Notes: generated from the sequence alone by a model not told the origin. DNA of 64,000 nt from a virus (IMGVR_UViG_3300037067_019009:128001-192000), one strand, 5' to 3'. Shown: positions 35,736 through 46,475, numbered from the stretch's first letter. Numbers and translations: made by a program.

Positions 35736-36899
35736 ATGACTACCATAAAGGAGAAATCAATGAAAAAGCTTTTCGAGGAAATCCTCCATGAGGCTCAGAA
35801 GCCGAAGTCCGTTCAGATCGGAGATAAAGTAATTGATGAGAAGACCATAGAAAAGAACGTTGGGGTCATCTTATCACTCATGTCGACTTCTGGAGAAAGC
35901 CTGGGGCTGCCTCATGTTGATATGAGGGAGGCTTTGGGCGCGGCTGATGCCTCTATCCTATTCCCAAGGGCGATAGATCTACAGCTGATCAAGCCTATTG
36001 AGCCCGCGCCACTAGCGTCTACGCAGTTGGCAAAGGTTATTACTATAGATAGCGGTGCTCGTTCGGTTGTATTCCCTACGCTCGGAGCCGTACGCGGCGC
36101 TGAGATCGGAGATACGCAGAATTATCCCGAAGTTCATCCAGGTTTTGCGGAAAACACTACGGAAGTTAAGACCAAAAAGCATGGTCTTATGATCCCTGTT
36201 TCGGAGTATGTCATTTCAGAGTCCATGTGGGACGTGTTAGCACTCTTCTTGGAGTGTGGACGAAATGCTATGGTAAGGCTTAAGGAAGAGAAGTGCTTCA
36301 AGGAGCTGACGCTCAATTCCCATGTGGTATTTGATAACGATATCTCTGACACTGATGCTCAGACTACGGGCACTGACATTACCGGAGGCCTGAACTATAC
36401 AATAACCTGGCTCGACTTGGTCGATATGGTATCCGTGCTTCTGGCTAATGAGTTCAACCCAACTGACGTTTGTATACACCCGCTACTCTGGTCGGCGTTT
36501 GCTAAGGATCCCATCCTTTCTTACCAGGTAGTGCAGTCGGGTAATGTGGGACAGTTCTTCCAGGCTGCTGGAGCACAAGGACTTAGCACGTCGATGCCGG
36601 TTCCGTATAATCTGAATGTGAGTCCTTATATCGATTACACGGCAAGCGACACAGTCCAGTCTTTGACTGGTCCATCGACTAGTATTCATATTCTCGACAG
36701 AAGCAGCTCTTTAGTTCTTCTGGTGAAGGAAGCTCTTTCTACGGACGAGTTCACCGACCCATATCGAGACATAAGGAATATCAAAATCAAGGAGTACTAT
36801 GGCGTTGGAACTCTCAACGCTGGTAAGGCCTCCGTAGTTGCTAAGAAGGTAAGAGTAGCAGTTAACGCTGCGCCGCTCTATACGATAAGGACTATCTAG
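35736..36899 (+). CDS. Major capsid protein (HK97-like)
   Basis: 387 aa; AEIGDTQNYPE, KKHGL.I.VSE..ISES.WD, IHPL.W, IKEYYGVG; followed by a hairpin. Confidence 0.85.
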   Translation: MTTIKEKSMKKLFEEILHEAQKPKSVQIGDKVIDEKTIEKNVGVILSLMSTSGESLGLPHVDMREALGAADASILFPRAIDLQLIKPIEPAPLASTQLAKVITIDSGARSVVFPTLGAVRGAEIGDTQNYPEVHPGFAENTTEVKTKKHGLMIPVSEYVISESMWDVLALFLECGRNAMVRLKEEKCFKELTLNSHVVFDNDISDTDAQTTGTDITGGLNYTITWLDLVDMVSVLLANEFNPTDVCIHPLLWSAFAKDPILSYQVVQSGNVGQFFQAAGAQGLSTSMPVPYNLNVSPYIDYTASDTVQSLTGPSTSIHILDRSSSLVLLVKEALSTDEFTDPYRDIRNIKIKEYYGVGTLNAGKASVVAKKVRVAVNAAPLYTIRTI

Positions 36900-36911
36900 T
36901 TCTACTGACAT

Positions 36912-36941
36912 GGGGTGGGCATGCCCCACCCCTCTCTATTC
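36912..36941 (+). terminator. Hairpin after the major capsid gene
   Basis: GGGGTGGG-CATGC-CCCACCCC followed by TCTCTATT. Confidence 0.6.
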
Positions 36942-36957
36942 CTAAACGGAGCACACT

Positions 36958-38523
36958 TTGGTAGATTTTTCCAGCTCATACTATCCCGCCATCATATCTA
37001 CACTTCCTGCTGCCACCAGTACGGGTATTTCCAGAGACACCGAAATTGAAATCAGATTTTCTCTGGATATAGCCTTGCCTCATGACTATGAGGAAGACGA
37101 GGCTGGACTAAACGCGCAGCTTAACGAGCTGGTTACTCTATTTCCTACCGCATCTCCGATGAAGCTCCCCGTGGTATTTGCGGACTATGATACGTCGCAC
37201 TACCTACTTACCATTGCTCCTTCTGCTGATCTGACTCCAGGCGAGACGTACACTATTATATGTTCTAGAGAGTTCAGATCCGTGGGCGGGAGGGGGATGA
37301 CCGATGACTATACCTGGTCATTCACTGTAGATGACTATGGGGTTGATAAGGTATTGCTTATCGACCCGGCAGACAATACGTATTATGCCTCGGTTCCGAC
37401 ACTTTCTTGGTATGCCGCTAGCGGAGCTAGCAGATACACGATAGAGATAGCTGATACTCTGGTTTTTTCTTCCGCGGATATAGTTTACACTGCTAGTGTG
37501 TCCGGAACTTCGCTAGATAATATATCAGCTTCGGAGTTCAGAGACGGAACCACATACTACTGGAGAGTCTGTGGATTGGATGCTGATGGGGGACCCGGCC
37601 CATGGAGCGATACCAGAGCATTCAGGATAGACTCTACTCCAGATACCGCTCCTGCCTCCAGGGTAAGGGATGTTTTTACACCCTTCGCGGTTTCTGTGCT
37701 CTACCCGGAGCAGGAAAGCGTCGTATCCGTCGGTGCCTTGTCCCCTGTAGTTACGTTTTCCAGAGATGTAGACGCAAGTTCTCTCACTGGAAAAGTTACT
37801 TTGTCTGTTACACATGTAGACGGAGAATCGGTTGCCTCGTCTACGATATCGTCGCTTGCTGGCACTGTCTCCGACGCTGTCGTGCTATTCGACCCTATAA
37901 CAGTAGAGAGCAATAAACTATACACCATTATTCTTGCTCCAGGCATCTCTTCTACGGACGGTAAACTATTATCTTCCGCCACTAAGTTGGTGTTCACTGG
38001 GCCGTATGTCCCTCTTTACTCATCGTCTGATGCTGTGCGGAGTCTATACGGAGAGTTCTTGTCTATTTATTCTGACGCTGATATCGTGTTTCAGCTGCAT
38101 CGAAACTCCGTATTGTGCAATAAGATGATAGATGATGCCGCGGCGGCTGCTACCACTATTACTCTAGGTAGCGGAACGTTACTCGAGGACCTGTTGACCC
38201 AGAAGGAAGTCACCTACGAAATAAGGCACTTTGTTGAAATTCGTACAGCCTACTGCCTAATACAGAATTATCAATTTCAGCTACTTAGAGAAGTCGACAG
38301 GCGCACTCAAGTAGATACGTATACAGCTGAGACAGGCGCCAGGCTTCTTCAAGAGATAGCCGATATATTGGCTAAGCTGAAAGATGACATGACTGATGCT
38401 GAGGTCAGCGTTGTGTCTGGTGGAGCTCCTTATCCAGAGGTCGGTGTAAGGTCCAGCAGGTGGAGGGTGGCAAATCTCTATGATGATTGGTCCACGGCCA
38501 GGTTGAGAAGAGGAAAGTTTTAG
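36958..38523 (+). CDS. Ig-like (Big_5) and FN3 domain protein with C-terminal head-tail adaptor-like region
   Basis: IEIRFS...LTPGETYTI...YTWSFT; TTYYWRV...GPWS; second Ig-like unit; helical C-terminus. Confidence 0.7.
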   Translation: MVDFSSSYYPAIISTLPAATSTGISRDTEIEIRFSLDIALPHDYEEDEAGLNAQLNELVTLFPTASPMKLPVVFADYDTSHYLLTIAPSADLTPGETYTIICSREFRSVGGRGMTDDYTWSFTVDDYGVDKVLLIDPADNTYYASVPTLSWYAASGASRYTIEIADTLVFSSADIVYTASVSGTSLDNISASEFRDGTTYYWRVCGLDADGGPGPWSDTRAFRIDSTPDTAPASRVRDVFTPFAVSVLYPEQESVVSVGALSPVVTFSRDVDASSLTGKVTLSVTHVDGESVASSTISSLAGTVSDAVVLFDPITVESNKLYTIILAPGISSTDGKLLSSATKLVFTGPYVPLYSSSDAVRSLYGEFLSIYSDADIVFQLHRNSVLCNKMIDDAAAAATTITLGSGTLLEDLLTQKEVTYEIRHFVEIRTAYCLIQNYQFQLLREVDRRTQVDTYTAETGARLLQEIADILAKLKDDMTDAEVSVVSGGAPYPEVGVRSSRWRVANLYDDWSTARLRRGKF

Positions 38524-38525
38524 TT

Positions 38526-39029
38526 ATGCAAACCCTGGACAGGTTTTCTGCCTTCCTTTACAAGCATGCTCCATGGGTCATTTACATAAGGCGGGATGAA
38601 AATTTCACCTGCCAGTATTGTAGTCCTGACCCTAATGCTGGCGAAGGGGATCCTACATGTCCGATGTGCATGGGGACCGGATATCCAGTTACTTTAGAAA
38701 AGGTCAAGGTTCTTATTGCCAAAGCCAACAGGACAGCAAGACCCAACTCAGATAATCTTCCTGGACTAGTCTCGTTAGGGGAAATACGCGCCTATTTTAC
38801 TAAAGATGATCTTCCAAAGCAAGGAGATTATTTGTTAGAGGTGGAGTGGACCGTAGACTCCGACTACGTGGAGTCTGTGGGTGAGCCGGTTTCCATTATT
38901 CATGCTTATAAAGTGGACACTCTAGAGCCCCAGTATGACGAAGATATACTATACTTCTCCGGCGTTCTAGATGTTATGGACACTAAGAAGGCCCCACTGG
39001 AGAAAGCTCTCTTTACGAGGAATCAGTAA
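38526..39029 (+). CDS. Putative head-closure/neck protein with Zn motif
   Basis: CQYC...CPMCMGTGY; position in the neck region. Start re-called at ATG 38526. Confidence 0.55.
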   Translation: MQTLDRFSAFLYKHAPWVIYIRRDENFTCQYCSPDPNAGEGDPTCPMCMGTGYPVTLEKVKVLIAKANRTARPNSDNLPGLVSLGEIRAYFTKDDLPKQGDYLLEVEWTVDSDYVESVGEPVSIIHAYKVDTLEPQYDEDILYFSGVLDVMDTKKAPLEKALFTRNQ

Positions 39030-39033
39030 GTAA

Positions 39034-40524
39034 GTGATTGATCTACTATTAATTGGTACTGGCGGGGATGGACCTGATTCCGTTCCCATTCTCATAGAAT
39101 CCATAGACCAAGCGTACGATGTGTTTGGGGGGTACTGTTGGGATTGGGTGGACCTGACCTCGTCTTCAGCGAGTGCCCAACTTTCTCATACGCCGATCTC
39201 CGACTTCTCGACTTTTGTCGAGGAGGATGGAGAGTTGGTGGATTACCCTCTGTACACTCTCGAGGCTAGTGGAGACATCATAACTTTTGAGCCTACGGGA
39301 GAAGAGGTATCCGTAGCGCTGAGGTACTTGGCGGCACAAGAAGATACCGCGCTGTATAAAGGTGTGGCAGAAGCCATGACCACAGTTAATCGGCCAGTCG
39401 CTTGTTTCAGGTTAGGTACCGGATCTAAGGCAACACTCGGTATTCAGGTAGGAAGTTCTGAGCTTTTACTTCGTTCTTATTATAATGGTGTATTTTATAA
39501 TACAACATTAGTCAGATCTGCTACGGGAGAGGATGGCTACCAATACCTGTGTATTCGTCCTCCCGCGAGTAAGGGGCTCGAGCGCCAGTATAAGATCACC
39601 TCTGGGCTTTTGGTAAGCGAACTTGCTGATGCTATTGACCTGGACTGGGCCAAGGGGTATTCTCCGATTCGAGCCTCATACACCAATGGGGCCGACAATG
39701 TGGTGGTAGAAAGTACCCTTTCTTGTTATCTCACAGGAGGGGCGGATGGTGCTGCCGCGTCTGGAGATTATAGTGATGCCCTAAGTATCATGGATTTGGC
39801 GACTACCAAAGTGGTCACGCTTGTAGGTAAGACATTCGATGATGTGGCTGGAGTACTTACAGATAGCTTCTTTGAAGATATCGGATACCCAGTCATGTTT
39901 GTTCAGGGCGCTTACTACGATCCTGAAACTTTGGCTTCAGCGTATGCTTCTGGATTAGTAGATAACAAAACTATTTCTAATTGGATGCTTTCTTTGGTAG
40001 CTGGGGAAGGTACCTACGATTATCAACCTAGGGGTTCCTATTGGGGAAGCTTGGCTACGTCGTATGCAGCGCTGTTCGCGGCGTCCAATACCGGAACCAC
40101 TAGGAAGTCTTTCAGTGTATCTGCTACAAGGCCTGGATTTTCTGCTTCACTTCTAGATATGCTATCTTCCTATGGCTATATCGCTCCAACGGCAAGTGTT
40201 TCTGGAGGGCATGTAGTTTACAGGGGGATCACATCTAATGCAAACTGTTCCGCCATAATACCAATTACTTATGGGTTAGTAGTGCGCGGACTTCAGCCTG
40301 TTCTAGAGCCGTGCATAGGACAAGCGGAGGTTGATAAGTCGCTGATAGAAACAGCGGTCACGGAACTTCTTTCAAGTATATCCACTATAAGTGACTATAG
40401 CTTTACAGTTACATATTTTCCAGGAAAAGTTTTAGTGGAAATTACAATATTCATTGTTGGAGAAGTAGAGTCTATAACGTTTTCTGTGGGAGTAGTGACT
40501 AGTGGAATATCTACAGTCTCCTAA
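39034..40524 (+). CDS. Tail sheath-like protein (second paralogue)
   Basis: LLIGTGGDGP..P...FG...FRLG N-terminus resembles 41321; LTGGADG; sheath-like C-terminus. Confidence 0.7.
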   Translation: MIDLLLIGTGGDGPDSVPILIESIDQAYDVFGGYCWDWVDLTSSSASAQLSHTPISDFSTFVEEDGELVDYPLYTLEASGDIITFEPTGEEVSVALRYLAAQEDTALYKGVAEAMTTVNRPVACFRLGTGSKATLGIQVGSSELLLRSYYNGVFYNTTLVRSATGEDGYQYLCIRPPASKGLERQYKITSGLLVSELADAIDLDWAKGYSPIRASYTNGADNVVVESTLSCYLTGGADGAAASGDYSDALSIMDLATTKVVTLVGKTFDDVAGVLTDSFFEDIGYPVMFVQGAYYDPETLASAYASGLVDNKTISNWMLSLVAGEGTYDYQPRGSYWGSLATSYAALFAASNTGTTRKSFSVSATRPGFSASLLDMLSSYGYIAPTASVSGGHVVYRGITSNANCSAIIPITYGLVVRGLQPVLEPCIGQAEVDKSLIETAVTELLSSISTISDYSFTVTYFPGKVLVEITIFIVGEVESITFSVGVVTSGISTVS

Positions 40525-41308
40525 TTGTGTGCCTCTTGTACTTGCTGATTGCATCAAGACTTCGGCACTCAGGGGCGTTGTGTTTACTCAAGAGTATCCA
40601 GACTCCCCGGTAAAGATTCCTACGATAGTATGGAGAGTGTACCACAGAACTCCAGGAAATGAAGGTAAGGAAAAGTATGGTCCTAGAGCAAGAGGTGGGC
40701 AGCACAATATAAACCACTCTACCGTAGTGCATTACTGGGCGCAATGGAATACTGTAATATACCAATTCGATTTATTCCATGCAACAAATGCAGCGGTAGA
40801 TGAACTTATGGAGAAGTTCGAGTTGTTTGCCAAAGAAGTTTCATCCGCTTTGAAGAACATAGGAATAGAGTATTTCGGGTTTTACGAACAACTTCAAGAC
40901 TACACACTTCCCACCCCTAAGGAAGTTCCAAGCAGGAGCCTGCGGTATTTGGCTACGTTTTCGGTTACGCTTCCTCTATATATACCACGTATCAGGCAGA
41001 TAGACCGGTTCGTAGCTGTTAACACCTTAGGTAAAAGCTTTGAGGAAAACTCCTTGTCTTTGGTTAGGGGAGACGAGGATGTAGATAATATCAATCTTCC
41101 GCTCGCTGCTATCACTATGATTGCCGACCAACCACTACCTCCAGCCCCTGACTATATAGCCGGGATAGACTACGAGCTTACGGTGGCAGAGAATGGACAC
41201 TCGACAGATATTACTTGGACGCTTGCAGGCAAGCGCCCAGCGGCCGGCTCTACATATTATGTTATGTATGGCGACGTAGACGCATTCACGTATACGACTA
41301 TTACGTAA
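40502..41308 (+). CDS. Putative tail completion/terminator protein
   Basis: Lies before the sheath gene; YQFDLF...VDELMEKFE pattern. Confidence 0.55.
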   Translation: MEYLQSPNCVPLVLADCIKTSALRGVVFTQEYPDSPVKIPTIVWRVYHRTPGNEGKEKYGPRARGGQHNINHSTVVHYWAQWNTVIYQFDLFHATNAAVDELMEKFELFAKEVSSALKNIGIEYFGFYEQLQDYTLPTPKEVPSRSLRYLATFSVTLPLYIPRIRQIDRFVAVNTLGKSFEENSLSLVRGDEDVDNINLPLAAITMIADQPLPPAPDYIAGIDYELTVAENGHSTDITWTLAGKRPAAGSTYYVMYGDVDAFTYTTIT

Positions 41309-41320
41309 GGAGAAACTATT

Positions 41321-43213
41321 ATGGCTTTAGACAATATACCGTCCATGACTCTGCATATAGGGGATGGCGGACTGATTACCGTGGTTGACGAGAGGCCTAT
41401 TACAGATTCCGTTTTAATCATCGGAAATGCAGTTGATGGGCCTACAGATAGGCCAGTCAGTGTGAATTCCAGAACAGTGGAATCTCTTTTCGGTCCACTG
41501 ATATTCAATGACAGCTACGCTCCCAGTTCCGATAAGCCTTATTTAAAAGGTAAGTTTAATGGAAACACGCTTGTAAAGGCGTTTTATGAAATAGCGGCCG
41601 GAGGCTGCGCTGATATTTATTTATATCGCGTTGGAGGAACTGCTGCTACGGCTTATAGGTGTACTGGAGATACCTACCCCACCACAATAACCACAAGACC
41701 CGCCAGTTCGGATCTTGGCTTTACCATCGACGCTATATATCCAGGAGATGTATATAACGATGTTTTACTGACACTGACTCTCTCCTCGACGTCTAGTGGG
41801 GTGGCAGATATCACCGCTGCTGTGTTGGACATAACGCAGGCTGGAGATACCAATGGCACGACTACATACTGTGATGCTCGAAAAGGCGCGACTGTGTCGT
41901 ATAACTTGATTACGAACTCTAAGCGAATGATGGACTTCTTCTACGAGGTTAACTCTGATCCACTGAACAAGACAATTCGATTGTATATTGCCGGATCGAC
42001 TTCTCTTGAAGATTCCGCGATCAGCGGCATCGCCGCGGGGCTTTTAGCTTCTTTACCGGCCTCAGCGTTTCCATTAGATGAAGAGGAATATTATTTCAGG
42101 CTTTCCGGGGGAGTGAATGGCACTCGACTAGATGATTACTCAACCACAGGAAGTAAGGGAGTGTCGGGACTGTATGCTGATCTTCTGGAAGAGGATACAG
42201 GAGCATTTGATATGCTGCAGTCCGTAGAAGCGGATATTTGCTATCTAGCATGCTTGTACGCTGATGAGAATGTAGGTACCGCGCTGGCTCCTGAGTCGGT
42301 GGTAAAAGAGTTTGCTGAGGCGCTTCACGTAGCATCCGTTGAGAACTACCCTATGCGTGGAGTTATAGGCATATCCACACTAGGAGGGTCCTACACGAGG
42401 GCGGCTGTTTCCGCTAGAGTTGGAGAACTAATAGTATCAGCGGATAATGGGGTGCTTTTAAACTCTGCCGGTAAGGTGAAGCTGGGCACTTATACTAGCC
42501 AGTCCGCTGGAGATACTACCTTGTTCGACGGGGTAGATGAAGACACAGGAGAAAATGTAGACTATGGCCGCTATCTTCAAATAGTGGCAGGACCGGACGC
42601 CGTTCTTTCACAGGCCAAACTTGGAACCTATTTAGATTCTCCGGCTGGTTTATACGCTGGGTTGCTACCGACTGTAGCACCGTCTAGAGCGGCTACGAAT
42701 CTTACGCTCCCAGGACTCCAGGGACTTGCTTTTGACTATACGAGACGGGAAGTTAATAAGCTTGCTGGTGGGCAGCCTTGGGACGACGTAACGTCGACCA
42801 GTGGAAAGGGCGGCTCTTACGTAGTATTGAGGCGTAACGCGACAAGAGACATAGTTATCAACTTAGACAACACCTGCGCGGGCCGAGAATCGGATTACGC
42901 CAATGATCAGGTGCTCAACGTGGTTAACACAGTAGCTAGTGGCGTTAAAAGTATAGTCAGCCCGTTCTTCGGGCACGGTAACCAGACTGGTACTATTCAG
43001 GCGATGCGCACGCAGCTGAGAAACTTCCTGAACACCATGTCAGAGCAAGGTATAATCGCTGGTGGGGAAGGCAACGGCTACGAGCTGGCTGTCGAATCCA
43101 GCAGTCTTGATGCAGTTATCGGACGCGTCAGAATAAGTCTACTTCTCAGACCTGCTATGCAGATCAAAGAAGTGTTAGTTGTAATCAATGTCGCTCCACC
43201 GGCAGGCCAGTAA
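41321..43213 (+). CDS. Tail sheath protein
   Basis: IIGNAVDGP, LSGGVNG, AGLYAGL, PFFG, LRPAMQIKEV C-terminus. Confidence 0.85.
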   Translation: MALDNIPSMTLHIGDGGLITVVDERPITDSVLIIGNAVDGPTDRPVSVNSRTVESLFGPLIFNDSYAPSSDKPYLKGKFNGNTLVKAFYEIAAGGCADIYLYRVGGTAATAYRCTGDTYPTTITTRPASSDLGFTIDAIYPGDVYNDVLLTLTLSSTSSGVADITAAVLDITQAGDTNGTTTYCDARKGATVSYNLITNSKRMMDFFYEVNSDPLNKTIRLYIAGSTSLEDSAISGIAAGLLASLPASAFPLDEEEYYFRLSGGVNGTRLDDYSTTGSKGVSGLYADLLEEDTGAFDMLQSVEADICYLACLYADENVGTALAPESVVKEFAEALHVASVENYPMRGVIGISTLGGSYTRAAVSARVGELIVSADNGVLLNSAGKVKLGTYTSQSAGDTTLFDGVDEDTGENVDYGRYLQIVAGPDAVLSQAKLGTYLDSPAGLYAGLLPTVAPSRAATNLTLPGLQGLAFDYTRREVNKLAGGQPWDDVTSTSGKGGSYVVLRRNATRDIVINLDNTCAGRESDYANDQVLNVVNTVASGVKSIVSPFFGHGNQTGTIQAMRTQLRNFLNTMSEQGIIAGGEGNGYELAVESSSLDAVIGRVRISLLLRPAMQIKEVLVVINVAPPAGQ

Positions 43214-43232
43214 GGAATAAAGGAGAAGTCTA

Positions 43233-43937
43233 ATGAGTTTTAGAGTCGCTAAAACAGTTCCATCCGGAAATGCTATATCCATAGCTGGAGACAGTGCGAG
43301 CCGTATATATCAAGCATATAGTGGGTGTGATACCATTGCACACATCAACGACGTACAGATTGGCACTCTTGAAGGCATAACCATCTCTATCACAAGAGAA
43401 GTAGTTCCTCAATATACGATGAATGGGCGGGATCCTAAGGGATTCGTCAAAGGCAAACGTGGTATCGCGGGAACACTGTCGTTTTCGACGTTTGACAGGC
43501 ACGCCCTTATTTACGACGCTTTCAGGTCCAAGTTCAACGGCACCGGTCCTGGAATGCGTTATGGAAGTACTAGACTTATAGAGCTGCTTGATTCCACGCA
43601 GCAGTACGCTACCGGTGACAGATACGGCGATCCGGTAACGGTTGATGCTGGAAGAGCAATAAGCAGCCTAAACTACGGAGGCCGAGCGGACATCCAAGAG
43701 TTCATGCGAAGTCGTGTAGTGCAGTACTCCGATGAGATTCCACCATTCAATATTACCCTAACTATGATAAACGATAGTGGGGCCGCCTCTTACTTGACCG
43801 TGGAGGGGGTTGTAATCGTAAACGAGGCTTACGGGGTTAGTATCGACGACTTGACTTCCTCTAGCGCGTTTACTTACGTAGCACGGAAAGTGACCCCGCT
43901 TACATCTCTTACTGACTTCTTTTACCCAATAAGTTAA
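43233..43937 (+). CDS. Tail tube-like protein
   Basis: YSGCD, ITISITREVVP, KGKRGIAGTL, DEIPPFNIT, GVSIDD; follows the sheath gene. Confidence 0.72.
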   Translation: MSFRVAKTVPSGNAISIAGDSASRIYQAYSGCDTIAHINDVQIGTLEGITISITREVVPQYTMNGRDPKGFVKGKRGIAGTLSFSTFDRHALIYDAFRSKFNGTGPGMRYGSTRLIELLDSTQQYATGDRYGDPVTVDAGRAISSLNYGGRADIQEFMRSRVVQYSDEIPPFNITLTMINDSGAASYLTVEGVVIVNEAYGVSIDDLTSSSAFTYVARKVTPLTSLTDFFYPIS

Positions 43938-43957
43938 GAGTTGGTATGTAGTTCTTT

Positions 43958-44000
43958 TAAGGCACCAAAGAAAAAATATTTCCGCGGTGCCTTATTTTTT
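43958..44000 (+). terminator. Rho-independent terminator overlapping a promoter
   Basis: TAAGGCACC...GGTGCCTTA followed by TTTTTT. Confidence 0.65.
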
Positions 44001-44020
44001 GTGTGCCTGCTGCCTATAAT
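43972..44020 (+). promoter_or_regulatory. Putative phage promoter
   Basis: AAAAATA 43972-43978 and CTGCCTATAAT 44010-44020. Confidence 0.6.
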
Positions 44021-44032
44021 ATATAATGGAGC

Positions 44033-44647
44033 GTGCGTATGCGCTACGATCAGTATTATGATACCCACTCAGCCGTAGAACTTGCGGCATATTTACTTCC
44101 TCCTCACGGCACGGGACTGGGAACAGATCCAATTCCTTTTGGAACCTTATCTCTTTTATCCATATCTACCCACAGAGATAAGTTCCCAGTCTCAGCCCTT
44201 TCGCGTGTACGTCCCAGGGGGTTTACTTCAGGACACTCTACCATCGCTGGAACACTAGCTTTCAACACAGTAGACAGGGCTATGTTTACCAGGATAACCG
44301 ACGAAGCGAACGCTTCTTACTTTACAGACCATGTAAAGGCCGATGAACTTCCTCTGTTTGATATATCTATAGTGCTGGTGAATGAGTTTGGGCGTGCAAG
44401 CTACTCTACTGTCATTGGTGTTACTTTGTTGGATTGTGGAGTCACCTACTCTCTAGAAAATATATTACTTACTGAGAATTATTCGTATATGGCGCTGGAT
44501 TACGTTCCGCTGCAGCCGTTACTTGGCTACCGTGGAGAGAAAACATCAGCAACTAGGAGCTGGATACAAACAGTTACTGACGATGTTCCCCTGTCCAGCT
44601 CCACTAGTAGCGAGGGTACACTTATAGTGATACCTCCGGTGGTGTAA
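44033..44647 (+). CDS. Tube-fold paralogue (possible tube initiator or baseplate protein)
   Basis: SISTHRDKFPV, RGF..G..TIAGTL, DELPLFDI; similar to 43233. Confidence 0.62.
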   Translation: MRMRYDQYYDTHSAVELAAYLLPPHGTGLGTDPIPFGTLSLLSISTHRDKFPVSALSRVRPRGFTSGHSTIAGTLAFNTVDRAMFTRITDEANASYFTDHVKADELPLFDISIVLVNEFGRASYSTVIGVTLLDCGVTYSLENILLTENYSYMALDYVPLQPLLGYRGEKTSATRSWIQTVTDDVPLSSSTSSEGTLIVIPPVV

Positions 44648-44650
44648 AGC

Positions 44651-45484
44651 ATGTTTCCAAAGACTGGTTTTGTAAAAGGTACTTACCGTGCCCCATCTTA
44701 CACATATGCAAAGGATGTGCCTAAGTGGGTGATGGTGGATCAGTTCAACTCGAGCTACTACTCAGGCCTGGATATATCAGTGTACTTCGGCGCGGTGTAC
44801 ATGGATGAAGTCATAAGTCTGCAATACCAAGAGGTAGAGCAGGTAAAGCCCAACTTTAGTTATGCTAGCTATACGTATAATAGCATATCGAGGGGAGCGC
44901 GACTAGTAACGGGCAGCTTTACCATAAACTTTAAGGAGTCCGGTTACCTATATAACCTGTTAAAAACTTTACGTAATACCGGTACTATGGAGGCCAACCT
45001 ACAAAGGATGTATAGCGGGGAAGCCGATTACCCATATTCTAAGGAAGCTAAAGATCGGCTGGAGAAGGTTTCCGTGGTTCAGGATGCATTAGCTAATGAC
45101 TTCACTTTAGAAGATTTCGTAGCTATAGCGTCATCTGGCTCGAAAGTGTACAACAAAGATAACTATCAAGAGGTTATGGATCAGCTCGACACGGCTATAT
45201 GGGAGCCCGCAGCACACTACAATGACAGGGACGTAGTGACAAAGCGCAATTCAGAAACTAAGCGTGGGGTTGACTTGGATACCGCTAAATTTCGGGGGCC
45301 GTCTTTAGGCTTCGATGTAATAATAAAGTATGGCCAACCGGAGGATGCCGGAAAGGGCAAACCCGGTTGGGGAACCATTGAAACTGTAAGGGGCTGCCAC
45401 ATAACGGGAGTCTCCAAAACGATAGACGATACGGGCAAGAACACCTTGGAAGTCTACTCGTTTGTTGGGCAGACTGTAGAATAA
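44651..45484 (+). CDS. Tube-fold paralogue (possible tube initiator or baseplate protein)
   Basis: YYSGLDI, RGARLVTGSFTINF, FDVIIKYG, EVYSFVG. Confidence 0.6.
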   Translation: MFPKTGFVKGTYRAPSYTYAKDVPKWVMVDQFNSSYYSGLDISVYFGAVYMDEVISLQYQEVEQVKPNFSYASYTYNSISRGARLVTGSFTINFKESGYLYNLLKTLRNTGTMEANLQRMYSGEADYPYSKEAKDRLEKVSVVQDALANDFTLEDFVAIASSGSKVYNKDNYQEVMDQLDTAIWEPAAHYNDRDVVTKRNSETKRGVDLDTAKFRGPSLGFDVIIKYGQPEDAGKGKPGWGTIETVRGCHITGVSKTIDDTGKNTLEVYSFVGQTVE

Positions 45485-45496
45485 GGGAGGACGTAT

Positions 45497-46198
45497 TTGA
45501 TTTACGAAGATATAAACAGCTGTAGTGGGTGTAGGGTTACACCAAACTCTAGGCCGTTATTCACTCATATAGTAGAGAAGCCTAGGGTAGAAAGAGAATA
45601 TGATGATATCGTAGCTACATTCTTTCCTAGGCTTAAAGATAAGCTACCAGAACTTACCGATGATCTTTACATGGAACTCGCTAGGGCAGCAAGGCAGCTG
45701 GCGGGCTGCCCTAAACCAGATGAGGTGCCTTACACCAAGTATTTCGACGTTTATGGGATGCGGGGATGTGCAGCCGAGTATGAAGCAGTCCCTGCTGAAT
45801 GCAGCCTCTCTCCTGAGACTTTTCATATCCAGTTGGATCTTTTATGCACTTCCACGCCAGATGGTGAAGCTGACGATATCTGTGATTACATAGGGGCTGT
45901 GCTCATGGGATCTCCAATAGTGCTGCCACAAATAAAAGCTGCAGAGGCCTATATTCGGTATGGTGGCATACTTACCTCCGCGGGTAGTTATGTCTATGAG
46001 CCGCTGGAGAACAGCGAGGCAGCAGATGTTATCGCCGATACTTGTATACTTGGGTACGCGTCTGGATGCCCTGTTACAGTGTGCCTGTTTACGTCAGTTA
46101 CGGGCGAACCTGAACTAGTCGCGGAGGCCTACGCTACGTTTCCATCGCCGAACTCTGCGTATGTAACGGTGGGGTATATGAATCTGGCGCCTAGTTAG
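45497..46198 (+). CDS. Hypothetical protein
   Basis: 233 aa; TTG start after GGGAGG SD. Confidence 0.65.
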   Translation: MIYEDINSCSGCRVTPNSRPLFTHIVEKPRVEREYDDIVATFFPRLKDKLPELTDDLYMELARAARQLAGCPKPDEVPYTKYFDVYGMRGCAAEYEAVPAECSLSPETFHIQLDLLCTSTPDGEADDICDYIGAVLMGSPIVLPQIKAAEAYIRYGGILTSAGSYVYEPLENSEAADVIADTCILGYASGCPVTVCLFTSVTGEPELVAEAYATFPSPNSAYVTVGYMNLAPS

Positions 46199-46205
46199 CA
46201 GCCCC

Positions 46206-46475
46206 TTGTGGCTAACACATATATGTATAGGAGGAAAACCTGTGAATGTAGACGAGATGAAAAGGCTTAGGCAAGAACTGGATCGGGCCATAGAGGAAGC
46301 AAAGAAGGCTCCGGCCACTATATCATCTATAGTGGCCATACTCGAAAGGATAGAGAAGCTTCTGGAAAAGGAGCGTATTACCAGTATTCCATGTCCCTAT
46401 CCGGTTCCGTATCCTGCGCCATGGACCAACCCGTGGCACCAACCATACTATGTTACGTGGTACACGAGAACATAG
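46206..46475 (+). CDS. Small coiled-coil protein with Pro/Tyr/Trp-rich tail
   Basis: Start probably GTG 46242 after AGGAGG SD. Confidence 0.6.
   Translation: MWLTHICIGGKPVNVDEMKRLRQELDRAIEEAKKAPATISSIVAILERIEKLLEKERITSIPCPYPVPYPAPWTNPWHQPYYVTWYTRT

Noticed and set aside
36958-45484. Tail module as a stand-alone contractile injection system or tailocin
   Set aside because: Terminase, portal, protease and capsid genes are adjacent, so this is a complete phage morphogenesis module.
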